In this document: piece by piece, positions 20,313 through 32,114 of the stretch
Position numbering within the stretch: the first letter of the stretch is position 1
Layout: every line of letters begins with the position of its first letter
Assembly (NCBI GenBank): GCA_965248755.1
Contig: OZ252149.1
Coordinates: 1,312,001-1,376,000, forward strand
Reading direction: 5' to 3'
DNA length: 64,000 bases
DNA from: Candidatus Latescibacterota bacterium
Lineage (GTDB): Bacteria > Latescibacterota > CBDEFO01
Position numbers and translations under genes: made by a program
The notes under the pieces: model-generated
What the model saw: only the letters and a program-made list of their open reading frames with translations
Database searches by the model: none
Told to the model about the DNA's origin: nothing

Positions 20313-21692
20313 ATGGAACCTCTTTCAAATGAAAATGCATCGTTGGAAGACTATCTAAAGCTCGATCGGGAACACGTCTGGCATCCGCTATTTCAGCACA
20401 AACTGCTGGAAAAGCAGAACCTGATGCTGATTAAAGAGGGTCGTGGGACAAAATTAATCGACTACGAAGGGAACGAGTATCTGGATGCCTATGCCGGTCT
20501 ATGGAACGTGAATGTCGGCTACGGCCGCCAGGAGATCGCAGATGCGGTCTACCAGCAAATGAAGACGCTATCTTACTATCCCCATTCGCAGCTTAATATC
20601 CCGGCAACGCGTCTGGCGGACAGATTAAGCTCCATGCTGCCCGAGGATCTGAACCATGTTTTCTTCTCAAACAGCGGATCTGAGGCCAACGAGACAGCAC
20701 TGAAGATAGCAAGACAGTACGGTCGGCAGAAATTCCCTGGTCAGAACCGCTACAAGGTCATCGCCCGCTATCGAGGATACCACGGGTTCACCTTCGGAGC
20801 GATGTCGGCGACCGGGCAGACGCCCAGACGCGCTAAGTTTGAGCCTTTGGTTCCGGGATTTCATCACGCCCATCCTCCCTACTGCTATCGCTGTCCATTG
20901 GGTCTTTCGTATCCAGAGTGCAACGTAGCGTGCGCCGACGATATTGAAAGGATCATAGAGAACGAGGGGCCAGAGACTGTGATAGCCGTTATCGCAGAGC
21001 CGATCATAGGTGGCGGCGGAGTCATTGTTCCCCCCGACGATTATCTTCCAAAGCTCCGGGAGATCTGCGACCGCTACGATCTCCTTTTGATTCTAGATGA
21101 AGTAATCACAGGCTTCGGCAGGACTGGAACGCTATTCGCCTGCCAGAGATGGAAAGTTGAGCCCGACATCATCACTTTAGCCAAAGGCATAAGCAGCGGT
21201 TACCTTCCTTTAGGAGCGTGTGTAACCACATCCCCTGTCTTTGAGGCGTTCCTCGGAGAACCTGAAGATCACAGAGAATTCTCCCAGGTCAGCACCTACG
21301 GCGGACACCCCGTCTGCTGTGTCGCCGCTTTAGCCAATCTGGACATACTCCTTGCCGAAAGGCTGTGGGAAAACTCCGAAAAGATCGGAACTTACCTTCT
21401 CGGCAGACTGAAGCAGCTCTTAGAACTTCCGATTGTGGGCGACGTCAGGGGAAAGGGATTGATGATCGCCCTGGAACTGGTCAAAGACAAGGACAGTAAG
21501 ACTCCGCTGGATACCGAATCTGTCCTTAAAATCCAAAGGCACATCAAAGAAGAAGGCGTCCTGGTTGGAAGAGTTGCCTATGCTTCGTTCGATCCGGAAA
21601 ATATCCTTTTCGTCTCTCCGCCCTTAATTCTGACGAAGTCTGAAGCGGATACTATAGCAGATGTCTTCAAAACCGTATTGGAAAGGGCTTGA
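20313..21692 (+). CDS. Class III PLP-dependent aminotransferase
   Basis: SGSEANE, YHG, DEVITGFGRTG, AKGISSGY. Confidence 0.93.
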   Translation: MEPLSNENASLEDYLKLDREHVWHPLFQHKLLEKQNLMLIKEGRGTKLIDYEGNEYLDAYAGLWNVNVGYGRQEIADAVYQQMKTLSYYPHSQLNIPATRLADRLSSMLPEDLNHVFFSNSGSEANETALKIARQYGRQKFPGQNRYKVIARYRGYHGFTFGAMSATGQTPRRAKFEPLVPGFHHAHPPYCYRCPLGLSYPECNVACADDIERIIENEGPETVIAVIAEPIIGGGGVIVPPDDYLPKLREICDRYDLLLILDEVITGFGRTGTLFACQRWKVEPDIITLAKGISSGYLPLGACVTTSPVFEAFLGEPEDHREFSQVSTYGGHPVCCVAALANLDILLAERLWENSEKIGTYLLGRLKQLLELPIVGDVRGKGLMIALELVKDKDSKTPLDTESVLKIQRHIKEEGVLVGRVAYASFDPENILFVSPPLILTKSEADTIADVFKTVLERA

Positions 21693-21711
21693 GAAATCTG
21701 TAATGAAGTGA

Positions 21712-23019
<1,308 letters not shown>

Positions 23020-23185
23020 GTTGAACCCGTGCGTGGTGTGTCAGACTGTCTGAGACGCAAGCGGGTACACAACAATTGCTGCCCTACGGACTTCATTATC
23101 GGCATTCTATTGTCGTGGGTCAGTCCCCGATTGAATCTATCGGGACCTGTCTGACACGCAGATTTGGGGAAACGGAAGGAGACGC

Positions 23186-23397
23186 ATGGTCTACCTTCTG
23201 GGAATCGACGTTGGAACTACGGGCGTAAAGAGTATGCTGAGGAGTTGGTAAAGGTCGTGGATTCGACAGAGCCGATAGAGGAAAATGTCAGCACGTACAG
23301 GGATTTCTACTCGGTCTTCAGATCCCTCTATCCGGCCCTGAAAGACACATTCTCAGAAGTTTCAAAAGTTGTAAGCAAATATCGGAGGGAAGATTAA
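23186..23397 (+). pseudogene. FGGY sugar kinase (xylulokinase-like) remnant with a large internal deletion
   Basis: RBS plus MVYLLGIDVGTTGVKS joined out of frame to the C-terminal ...YRDFYSVFRSLYPALKD. Confidence 0.75.
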
Positions 23398-23403
23398 GTT
23401 CGG

Positions 23404-24477
23404 ATGGAAAAGAGAACGCTCGGAAGGACAGGGCTAGAGATAACCTCAGTAGCCTTCGGCGCAGCGCGTCTGTCGGAGCATCTCGATGCGGCTGTGGACA
23501 CCGTAAAGAGCGCCCTGGATTTGGGGATCAACTTCATAGACACCGCCAGAAGCTATGGTGACAGCGAGGAGAAGGTCGGACACGGGATAAAGGGCAAAAA
23601 GAGAGAGGATTTCTACATAGCCACAAAGACTCAGCCTGTCGATTCTGATATGGCTCAGCGGGACATAGAAACGAGCCTTTCGATCTTAGGTCTAGACAAC
23701 GTAGATCTCTTCTACGTCCACGGGTGCAACGATCCCGAAAGATTTCACAATACGATGAGCCCGGGCGGAGTTTTAGAAGGGTGCCAGAAGGCAAGGGATA
23801 GAGGCTTAACCAGATATATAGGGGTAAGCTTCGATCATTTTCAGCCCATGCCACTGGATCGAATGAGAACCCTTATCGAGACGGATGAGTTCGATGTGAT
23901 ACAGGTTCCTTTCAACCTTGTGCGCACCGAGAGAGTCGATGAGGAGATCATACCGCTCGCCAAAAAGAAGAACATAGGGGTCTTTGTCAACTATCCGACC
24001 TACGAGGGACACCTTGCACAGGAATGGGGAGTCTTCAAAAAGATTTTGGGACCTTACGCAGACACGCCCGGACAGGCCGCTCTCCTCTACATACTTTCTC
24101 ACGACGGTGTCAGCGCGGTTCTTTCCGGGATGAGCACGCCCCAGATGGCAGAGGAGAATGTCGCCGTCGGACATATTATCGAAAAGCTGTCTTCTGCGGA
24201 GCGTCGGAACATCGTGGAGAAAGTCGAAGCCCTGGGACTGGGGCCGTGCAGGAGCTGTGCCCTTTGCCACCCCTATTCGAATGGCATTCCCGTTCAAAAG
24301 ATAATGTTCGGCTACGACTGCTACACGAGATTCGGGTATGAATGGGCTAAAGAAGAATATGAATCTTACAGAGAGCAGGTTGAATCGTGCGAAGACCTCA
24401 AAGCATGCGATGAGGTCTGCCCTTACAGTTTCGATGTCCTTAAAATGCTCAAAGATGTCTATGCAAACAGACAGTAG
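23404..24477 (+). CDS. Aldo/keto reductase with C-terminal Fe-S domain
   Basis: LGRTG, IDTARSYG, IATK, YVHG; CRSCALC...CP. Confidence 0.92.
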   Translation: MEKRTLGRTGLEITSVAFGAARLSEHLDAAVDTVKSALDLGINFIDTARSYGDSEEKVGHGIKGKKREDFYIATKTQPVDSDMAQRDIETSLSILGLDNVDLFYVHGCNDPERFHNTMSPGGVLEGCQKARDRGLTRYIGVSFDHFQPMPLDRMRTLIETDEFDVIQVPFNLVRTERVDEEIIPLAKKKNIGVFVNYPTYEGHLAQEWGVFKKILGPYADTPGQAALLYILSHDGVSAVLSGMSTPQMAEENVAVGHIIEKLSSAERRNIVEKVEALGLGPCRSCALCHPYSNGIPVQKIMFGYDCYTRFGYEWAKEEYESYREQVESCEDLKACDEVCPYSFDVLKMLKDVYANRQ

Positions 24478-24599
24478 GTAGACCCGCGGGTCTGCTCTGC
24501 AATCTGGGCGAACCACTTTGTGGCTTGTAGCGACATCGCTCTGCACGCTGCTACTTGGATTCGCTCCTACACAGACTACAGGAAAGGAGAAGAACAACT

Positions 24600-25082
24600 A
24601 TGAAGATCACCGTCTTGTTCACGATTTTTGCCTTTGTTTTCACTGCGATGTTTTCTCTTGCCCACGCCCAGACGAAAGATGCCATAGCCATCCGCAAGGT
24701 ATTAGAAGACGAGATGATAGGATGGAAAAGAGGCGACATCGAGAAGATAACGGAGCACTATCAGCCTCACTTCACAGGATACGACGGGCTCGAAAAGGCT
24801 GATCCCAGGGAGTGGCGAATCCTGTTTAGCGACCTGGATGAATTCAAGGACTACCTCGAAGAGAGGTTCTCCAAGGTGGAATACGATCTCAAAAGGACCG
24901 CCACCAAAACTGAGGCCAGAAACAACAGAGCCTATGTAGTAACTCAGGAACAGGGCAAGACCACACACAAAGAGACAGAGATGACAAGGGAGTTCGATCA
25001 CTTTAACTTCTGGATGCTGGAAAAGGTGGAAAATGAATGGAAGATAACCGGATTTGTCTTCAAGTTCGCCGTGCCTGAATAG
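24600..25082 (+). CDS. Secreted NTF2-like/SnoaL/DUF4440 protein
   Basis: Signal peptide ending AHA; GWKRGDIE...LEKVENEWKI. Confidence 0.75.
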   Translation: MKITVLFTIFAFVFTAMFSLAHAQTKDAIAIRKVLEDEMIGWKRGDIEKITEHYQPHFTGYDGLEKADPREWRILFSDLDEFKDYLEERFSKVEYDLKRTATKTEARNNRAYVVTQEQGKTTHKETEMTREFDHFNFWMLEKVENEWKITGFVFKFAVPE

Positions 25083-25329
25083 TTAGCTAGGTAAACAGTA
25101 GTCAGTAGCCCCCCGATTGAAGCTAACTGGGATAAACGTGGCCCCAATATCTCCTTTCTAAGTCATCATTGCGAGCCAAGCGAAAGGTTTGCGAAGCAAC
25201 TTCATATAGACTGCCTTGTCTACTGTTTGCTACTTACTATTCTGGATCTCTATTGTCACCTCCAGACCATTTTGACCTGAAACTTAAGAAAGGACACAGA
25301 GGCTTGCTCTCCCTGGAGGCCGGTAAGGT

Positions 25330-26202
25330 ATGATTTCCTACAGATGGGGTACCTTGCTTTTAGCTACCTTTGTATCCGCCACGATTCTGATTATTTCGCT
25401 ATTAGTATCTGGATGCAAAGACGACGAAAAGAGTAAATCCCAGGATCCCTTCACCCACGAACCGCTCGACAGAACCTTAATGCGGTTTACAGATAGTAAA
25501 GGAATGGTGGACTACGCCACTTTAAAAGTGGATTCGGAAGACCTCGAAACCTATATAGATCTGCTGCAAGGCTACAGCCCTGAAAAAGATCCGGATGCGT
25601 TCCCCACAAGAGATGACAGATTGGCTTACTGGATCAACGCATACAACGCCTTCGTCATCAAAGGAGTTGTGGACAACTATCCCACAGACAGCGTTCTTAG
25701 CATCAAGATGTTTAAAGGCTTCTTCTGGATGATCAAATTCAACGCAGGTGGCAACAAATACTCACTCAAGCAAATAGAGGACGACATAATAAGGGAAAAG
25801 TTCAAAGAGCCGAGGATACACTTTGCCTTAAACTGCGCCTCTCTGGGATGTCCGCGCCTTGAAACGAAAGCCTATCTTGCCCATAACCTGGAGGGTAGGC
25901 TCGAAGAATCGGCCCGGTACTTCATAAACGAGGAACACAATGTCAAGATAGATGCGGAGAACAAAATCGTGTACCTCTCCTCCATCTTCGACTGGTACGC
26001 AGATGACTTCAGGGACTGGTATAAAGAGAATTTCAACGTGGCGGATGCTCATATACTGGACTACATCAAGCTCTACATAGCAGACGACAAAAAAGAGAAG
26101 ATAGAATTTGCTAAAGACAACTACAAGATTAAATACTACAAATACGACTGGGGACTGAGTGACCTTAACAGAGGAGAGTCGTCACTCTCCTCTGTTAAGT
26201 AG
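25330..26202 (+). CDS. DUF547-domain lipoprotein
   Basis: VSGC lipobox, LAYWINAYNA, PRIHFALNCASLGCP, YDWGL. Confidence 0.92.
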   Translation: MISYRWGTLLLATFVSATILIISLLVSGCKDDEKSKSQDPFTHEPLDRTLMRFTDSKGMVDYATLKVDSEDLETYIDLLQGYSPEKDPDAFPTRDDRLAYWINAYNAFVIKGVVDNYPTDSVLSIKMFKGFFWMIKFNAGGNKYSLKQIEDDIIREKFKEPRIHFALNCASLGCPRLETKAYLAHNLEGRLEESARYFINEEHNVKIDAENKIVYLSSIFDWYADDFRDWYKENFNVADAHILDYIKLYIADDKKEKIEFAKDNYKIKYYKYDWGLSDLNRGESSLSSVK

Positions 26203-26418
26203 ACAGCAAGAAGGTAGGGGAGGATGCCCTGCAAGAACGTAGGGAGGATGCCCTGTATTGACTACGAGATTAGCTTCCCCCCGACCCCCGATAGAGTCAA
26301 TCGGGGGTGCTCGCAACGACGGTTTAGAGGATTCGTAATGACGTTGCCGGGCTTCGGCTTCAGTCATTGCAAGGGGTGGAACCCCGAAGCAATCTCACCT
26401 TTCTACTGTCTACTATGT

Positions 26419-27140
26419 TCAGTCGTCTGAGCCGCCTCTGAGTATGAGCAGGCGGATAAGGTGGATGACAGCCACAGCTGCTGACGCCAGATAGGTCAGC
26501 GCCGCGGCATTTAGGACTTTCCTGGCGGACTTTATTTCGTCCTGAGCCAGATATCCCTCCCCTGTGAGGATCTTTATGGCTCTGCTGCTGGCGTTAAATT
26601 CGACGGGCAAAGTCACAAAGTGAAACGCGACAGCCAGGGTAAACAAGGCTATGCCAAGGTCTATCAGGGGTTCATATCCGAAGAAGAAGCCTCCTATGAA
26701 CAAGGGCCCCATGCTAATTTAGATCCGAAGCCTACTACGGGCACTAAGCTGGTTCCTCAAAGACAGTGGGGCGTAGCCTGCAGCCGTAGCCTGCAGCGTG
26801 CTGGAGCGCGTGTCCTGTCTCGTGTGCGGCGATACCTATGGGCGGACACAGACCTTGAGGAATAGACGCCCTCCGAAAGCCGCATAACTCTGTCGCGCGG
26901 ATCGTAATGATCCGTCAACTGGCCATCTATCACCTCCACTGCCACATTGTGAAGGCCGTTGTGATCCAAAAGCCTTCTGGCCACCTGTGCGCCGGTCAGT
27001 CCACTCCTTGCGTAAACCTCACTGTACCTGGAGTATGAACTCTTTATCTTAGCCTGAGCGTAGAGGGTGAGGATTATGGCAGGGATCAAAAGGATGAAGG
27101 TGGGGTCCCAAAATAAGGGGAAGAAGAATAGAGGATATAT
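26419..27140 (-). pseudogene. YugP-like zinc metallopeptidase, multiply frameshifted
   Basis: LTDHYDP, HETGH and TLPVEFNAS..AAALTY fall in different frames; 13-bp tandem duplication gctgcaggctacg. Confidence 0.85.
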
Positions 27141-27168
27141 GGATTTAACCCCCTGATTTTGAACTTCA

Positions 27169-28119
27169 CTATTCGAATTGTTCTTTTTGAGACAACCTGT
27201 AGCCGCGGACAAATTCAGAGGCGGTCATCTTCTTTTTACCGGCAGGTTGAACCTCCAAAAGCCGGAGAAAACCCTCTCCAGTGGCTACTACTATCCCATC
27301 CTTGGGATCAGATACTATAATCTCCCCCGGCTTACTTTTACATTCTCGCTCCTCACGAGCAGCCCTATGTATTTTAAGTTCCTTCTCCCTCCAGATCGTG
27401 AACGCTCCAGGGTACGGATTTGTTCCCCTTATAAGGTTCCTTATCGTCTCTGGGCCTTTATTCCAATCAATCCTGCCGTTTTCCTTCTTAATCTTAGGGG
27501 CTTTCGTCGCTCCCACTTTGTCCCCAATTGAGTCTATCGGGGATTGAGGGATACGTATAGCCATTCCTGACTCCAAGAGTTCTATAGTCTCCACGAGCAT
27601 ATCTGCGCCTTCGGCTTTCAGTCTGTCGTAAAGCTCTCCTGCTGTCTCGTCATTTCCTATTTCGACTTTCTCCTGTAGGATTATGTCCCCGGTGTCAACC
27701 TTTTCGTCTATTACGAATGTCGTAAGACCCGTCTCCTTTTCACCATTTATGATGGCCCAGTTTATGGGTGCCGCTCCTCTGTACTTGGGCAATAGAGACG
27801 CATGTAGGTTAAGCGAACACAATCGGGGTATCATCAGAACCGAAAGAGGCAGGATTCTAAAGGCTACGACTACAAAAAGATCGGGTCGAGCGTCGGAAAG
27901 GGCAGAGTGGAAATGGGAATCTTTGAGGCTTACAGGCTGCATTGTGGGGATATTGAGTCTCTGCGCTTCCACCTTAACCGGGGAAGGTGAAAGCTTCTGT
28001 CCTCTTCCTTTCGGAGTGTCTGGACGAGTCACAACACACACACAATCGTGCCTGCTCCCTGCAATCCTCCCAAGAGACGGAACGGCAAAATCGGGCGTCC
28101 CCATGAAGATCAATCTCAT
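27169..28119 (-). CDS. fmt: Methionyl-tRNA formyltransferase
   Basis: FMGTPDFAV, NLHASLLPKYRGAAPI. Confidence 0.98.
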   Translation of the reverse strand: MRLIFMGTPDFAVPSLGRIAGSRHDCVCVVTRPDTPKGRGQKLSPSPVKVEAQRLNIPTMQPVSLKDSHFHSALSDARPDLFVVVAFRILPLSVLMIPRLCSLNLHASLLPKYRGAAPINWAIINGEKETGLTTFVIDEKVDTGDIILQEKVEIGNDETAGELYDRLKAEGADMLVETIELLESGMAIRIPQSPIDSIGDKVGATKAPKIKKENGRIDWNKGPETIRNLIRGTNPYPGAFTIWREKELKIHRAAREERECKSKPGEIIVSDPKDGIVVATGEGFLRLLEVQPAGKKKMTASEFVRGYRLSQKEQFE

Positions 28120-28130
28120 ATTAAGACTGT

Positions 28131-28442
28131 CTATTCTTTAAGTTTTGATACCGCCGATCGAGAGACCTCTACTTTCACATTGTCGGCTATCCTCAGAACT
28201 AAGATATCATCTTTCTCATTGATTCCGACTATGGAACCGTGTATGCCTCCTGTAGTTACGACCTTGTCCCCTTTTCTCAAGTTCCTAATAAGCTCCTGAT
28301 GTTCTTTTTGTTTTCTGTGCTGAGGACGTATGATAAGGAAGTAGAAGATCAGAAAAATAACTATCAAAGGAAGAAAGCTGAGTATTCCCGCTCCACCGGA
28401 GTCTCCTCCCGGTAGCGTCATTGCGTAGACTTGGTCAATCAA
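28131..28442 (-). CDS. yajC: Preprotein translocase subunit YajC
   Basis: FYFLIIRPQ, GDKVVTTGGIHG; follows tgt. Confidence 0.97.
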   Translation of the reverse strand: MIDQVYAMTLPGGDSGGAGILSFLPLIVIFLIFYFLIIRPQHRKQKEHQELIRNLRKGDKVVTTGGIHGSIVGINEKDDILVLRIADNVKVEVSRSAVSKLKE

Positions 28443-28726
28443 GCGAACCTCCTGACTTTAATTATGGTTGGCACTGTCAACTGGATTTCGAAATCCGTCC
28501 CGCATCTGTCGGGCCAGTCCCCGATTGCTTCTATCGGGGACGCGTGTCTGCTCAGAAACTAAACTACGGACCGGGCTGCTCGGTCCCTGGGCTCTTTCTT
28601 AGGGTGCATGAGGTGGTGACATCAAAGCACGAAGTGCCCTTGCCCCTGCACTCGTAGAGGCGATCTTGCACCCTTTACCTTGTATGTCGTTAACTGCCTA
28701 CTAATTGGGGTGCTCCATCCAGAACT

Positions 28727-29869
28727 CTATGCCTCATATTCCGAGTAAAATTCAGCTCTCCACTCAGAAAAGGTTCCTTCTATTATGGACTGGCGCATCT
28801 GGCGCATCGTCTCCAGGAAAAAATAGAGGCTGTGAAATGTGGCAAGCCTCAGCGCGAGTATCTCCCCTGTCTGGAACAGATGACGGATATAAGCGCGACA
28901 GTAGCGGCGGCAGGTGGCACAGGGACATTGTGGGTCTATTGGAGAAAAGTCGTGGGCGTACTGGGCATTTTTGAGCACCATCTTGCCCTTCCGAGTGAAT
29001 ATCGTGCCGTTGCGCGCATTCCTGGTCGGAATCACACAGTCGAACATGTCCACTCCCCTTGCGACGCCCTCTACCAGATCGGCAGGGTGGCCGATACCCA
29101 TAAGGTACCTGGGTCTGTCCGCGGGTAATAACTCGGCTGTGCAATCTACTATCTCCCACAATTTGGCTTTCGGCTCGCCGACCGCAAGTCCTCCTATTGC
29201 ATACCCGGGCAGGTCCAATTCCATCAGGCGCTCTGCGCTCTTTACTCTCAGATCTGGATAGACACTGCCCTGAACTATCCCGAAGAGAGCCTGCCTCTTC
29301 CCAGATTCCTCCACAAGAGACCTATGCCTTTGAATAGATCGCTGGGCCCATCTTAAGGTCATTTCCGACGATCCCTTGGCCTGCTCGTAAGAGCAGGGAT
29401 AGGACGTGCACTCGTCGAACACCATGATTATATCCGCACCTAAAGCGTGCTGTATCTCCACTGCACGTTCAGGCGTCAAAAGATGGTATGAGCCGTCGAA
29501 GTGCGACTGAAATGACACTCCTTCTTCGGTTACTTTGTTCAGATCGGCGAGGCTAAAGACCTGATAGCCCCCACTGTCGGTCAGCATAGGACGCTCCCAG
29601 CTTATGAACTTGTGGAGCCCTCCTGCTTTTTCGATAAGCTCGTGGCCAGGTCTGAGATATAGGTGATACGTGTTGCACAGGATTATTTGTGCGCCCATAT
29701 CCTCAAGTTCACCTTGAGACATAGTCTTGACCGTCGCCTGAGTGCCCACAGGCATAAAGACGGGTGTGGGCACCTCGCCATTAGGCGTCCTTAATATCCC
29801 GGCTCGGGCTTTTGTGTCCTTATCCACTGCTATAATTTCGTATTGAAAGTCTTCCCTGTGGTCTATCAT
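28727..29869 (-). CDS. tgt: tRNA-guanine transglycosylase
   Basis: [32 protein letters not shown]. Confidence 0.98.
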   Translation of the reverse strand: MIDHREDFQYEIIAVDKDTKARAGILRTPNGEVPTPVFMPVGTQATVKTMSQGELEDMGAQIILCNTYHLYLRPGHELIEKAGGLHKFISWERPMLTDSGGYQVFSLADLNKVTEEGVSFQSHFDGSYHLLTPERAVEIQHALGADIIMVFDECTSYPCSYEQAKGSSEMTLRWAQRSIQRHRSLVEESGKRQALFGIVQGSVYPDLRVKSAERLMELDLPGYAIGGLAVGEPKAKLWEIVDCTAELLPADRPRYLMGIGHPADLVEGVARGVDMFDCVIPTRNARNGTIFTRKGKMVLKNAQYAHDFSPIDPQCPCATCRRYCRAYIRHLFQTGEILALRLATFHSLYFFLETMRQMRQSIIEGTFSEWRAEFYSEYEA

Positions 29870-29906
29870 CACCTCGCTAAGTTGTAGGCTCAAACTCTAT
29901 TACTAC

Positions 29907-31433
29907 TTACTTGTCTTTACTGTTACTGTAAAATTCCTTTATCAGATTATCCATATACGCTTTAGGGTCCGTTACGACCTCTGGTGTAACTGTAAATTTG
30001 TCCACATTCATAAGCTTGAGTCCGTGACCGTAATCGGCGAGCATATCCGAACATAACGTCCTGGCATCTGTGCCGATCTCCCTGGCCTTCTGAAGTATAG
30101 CCCCTATCGCCGCCTTTGAGAAATCTATCTCTATGTTGTTCTCTCTGGAAAAGTCGTCTTTGTATTTTCTTATAGATTCAAAGTTGAGGAACTTTTCAAT
30201 CTCGACGTCTGGGTCTTTCACTATCTCCTTTGTTACCCTAAGATACTTTACGTCAGTTGAGGGAAATCTCTTTTCAAATTTCAGCAGTGCCCTTTCGCAG
30301 ACGCTGACCAGTCCCCTGGCTCCGGTCTTTTCCTTTATGGCCTTCTTAGCTATGCTCCTAAGGGCTTCATCGTCGAACTCTATCTCTATACCGTAGGCTT
30401 TGAAGTCCATCTTTTTGCCCATTATCACTGGACTATTGGGATTTTTCAGAATCTGGTAGAGGTCGTCCTCTCCTAAATGCTCCAGAACTGCCACCATAGG
30501 CAGTCTTCCGACGAATTCGGATTCAAACCCGTAGTTTATGAGATCCTCTGATTTTACCTGCTTGAGGTCCTCTGTGTTATCATCCTTCTTTTTTCTATGG
30601 GCGTCCGCGGTGAATCCCACAGGCTTTTTGTTGATCCTCTTCCCAATTATGTCCTCCAAACCTGTAAAAGCTCCGCTTACAATGAACAGGATGTTTCGGG
30701 TGTTTATTTTCTTTCTTTCCACTTTTCCTGTCCTTTGGAACTGCATCATCGATTCCATCTGCGCCGTCATATCGTGTGGCGCTTTAAGATCCACCTCGGT
30801 CTCCTCCATAAGTTTCAAGAGGTTGCGCTGAACGCCTGTCCTGGAGACGTCGGGTCCCACGATAGTGCCGGCGGTGGCTATTTTGTCTATCTCATCTATG
30901 TAGATTATCCCATATTGGGCAAGCTCTATATCTCCCTTGGCTTCGCTCACAAGATCTCGTACCAGATCCTCAACGTCTCCACCCACGTATCCCGTCTCAC
31001 TGAACTTAGTGGCATCTCCCTTGACGAAAGGAACACCAATTTTCTGAGCTATAAGCTTTATGACATAGGTCTTCCCGACGCCTGTGGGGCCTATCATTAT
31101 GATATTGTTCTTTATATCTCCGACGGAAGTCCCCTGCTCCTTGTTTTCTAGCTTCATCCTGTGGAAGTGCGTGCAGATCTTGGTCGCAAGTATCTCCTTT
31201 GCATCCTGCTGTTTGATAAGGAAGCGGTTCAGATATTCTTCTAACTCCTCAGGTTTCAGATCAAAGTCGATTTGAGCAGCTCTTTCCTCCGTCGTCTGCT
31301 GTCCCTCCTGAGAACCTGCGGTCTGTCCTTCAGGGATTACGACATTTACCTCCTGACCGTATTTTTGAGAGAGGAACTCTTTGAGTTCCTTTTGAAGCTC
31401 TGCGGGGTTGGGTATTTTGTTTTGCATAGTCAA
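29907..31433 (-). CDS. clpX: ClpX-like AAA+ ATPase lacking the N-terminal zinc domain
   Basis: GPTGVGKT, DATKFSETGYVGGDVE, IDEIDK, VGF loop, TGARGL. Confidence 0.8.
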   Translation of the reverse strand: MTMQNKIPNPAELQKELKEFLSQKYGQEVNVVIPEGQTAGSQEGQQTTEERAAQIDFDLKPEELEEYLNRFLIKQQDAKEILATKICTHFHRMKLENKEQGTSVGDIKNNIIMIGPTGVGKTYVIKLIAQKIGVPFVKGDATKFSETGYVGGDVEDLVRDLVSEAKGDIELAQYGIIYIDEIDKIATAGTIVGPDVSRTGVQRNLLKLMEETEVDLKAPHDMTAQMESMMQFQRTGKVERKKINTRNILFIVSGAFTGLEDIIGKRINKKPVGFTADAHRKKKDDNTEDLKQVKSEDLINYGFESEFVGRLPMVAVLEHLGEDDLYQILKNPNSPVIMGKKMDFKAYGIEIEFDDEALRSIAKKAIKEKTGARGLVSVCERALLKFEKRFPSTDVKYLRVTKEIVKDPDVEIEKFLNFESIRKYKDDFSRENNIEIDFSKAAIGAILQKAREIGTDARTLCSDMLADYGHGLKLMNVDKFTVTPEVVTDPKAYMDNLIKEFYSNSKDK

Positions 31434-31648
31434 AATCCTTTTGATTATATAGGCGTCAAACTTCCCAATACTAATAATAAGGTCATATTCTCATTTTGTC
31501 AAGGTTTTACCTTCAAAGCTAAGTCCTTCTAAGAGTCTGTTATCTAAGCTTTTCAGAGTGAGTATAAGGTCTAAGAGTCCCTTTTCCCCTTGCTTATATT
31601 CGTAACGTCTGTTATCTTTTGTTATGCAAACACACAGGGGTTAGCTTA

Positions 31649-32041
31649 ATGGCAAGATTCGTCATACAAAAGCACAGCGCCAGGAATCTTCACTACGATT
31701 TCAGACTCGAAATGGACGGCGTTCTCAAATCCTTGGCTGTACCTAAGGAACCCACCGACAAGAAAGGCGTCAAGAGATTGGCGATAGAAGTGGAGGACCA
31801 CGATCTGGACTACATCGACTTTGAGGGAACCATCGAAGAGGGAGAGTACGGCGCAGGAAAAGTGGAGATATGGGACAAAGGGAGCTATGTGTTGAAGGAA
31901 AGGAGCCTGGAGTCCGTTTTGTTTGAGCTAAACGGCGGAAAGTTGAAAGGCTTGTTCAGGCTTATAAAGACGGACTGGTCACCGGGGAATAATTGGCTGC
32001 TTGTAAAGAGCGGACAAGACGCCGGGAAAGAAAAGGCTTGA
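31649..32041 (+). CDS. Stand-alone LigD 3'-phosphoesterase domain protein
   Basis: FVIQKH.A..LHYDFRLE, RLAIEVEDH, YGAGKVEIWDKG. Confidence 0.92.
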   Translation: MARFVIQKHSARNLHYDFRLEMDGVLKSLAVPKEPTDKKGVKRLAIEVEDHDLDYIDFEGTIEEGEYGAGKVEIWDKGSYVLKERSLESVLFELNGGKLKGLFRLIKTDWSPGNNWLLVKSGQDAGKEKA

Positions 32042-32114
32042 CCCGAAAATAATAAAGGTTTATCTTGATAGTGGAGATGCAGTTTTTCTATATTCAAGCT
32101 GCTAATTTTCCGAT

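Noticed and set aside
23806..24597. 263-aa antisense ORF and similar overlapping ORFs in the track
   Set aside because: They are shadows of well-supported genes on the other strand and carry no motifs.
28443..28726. Structured RNA between tgt and yajC
   Set aside because: Partly explained by the small palindrome; no tRNA, SRP or tmRNA hallmarks.
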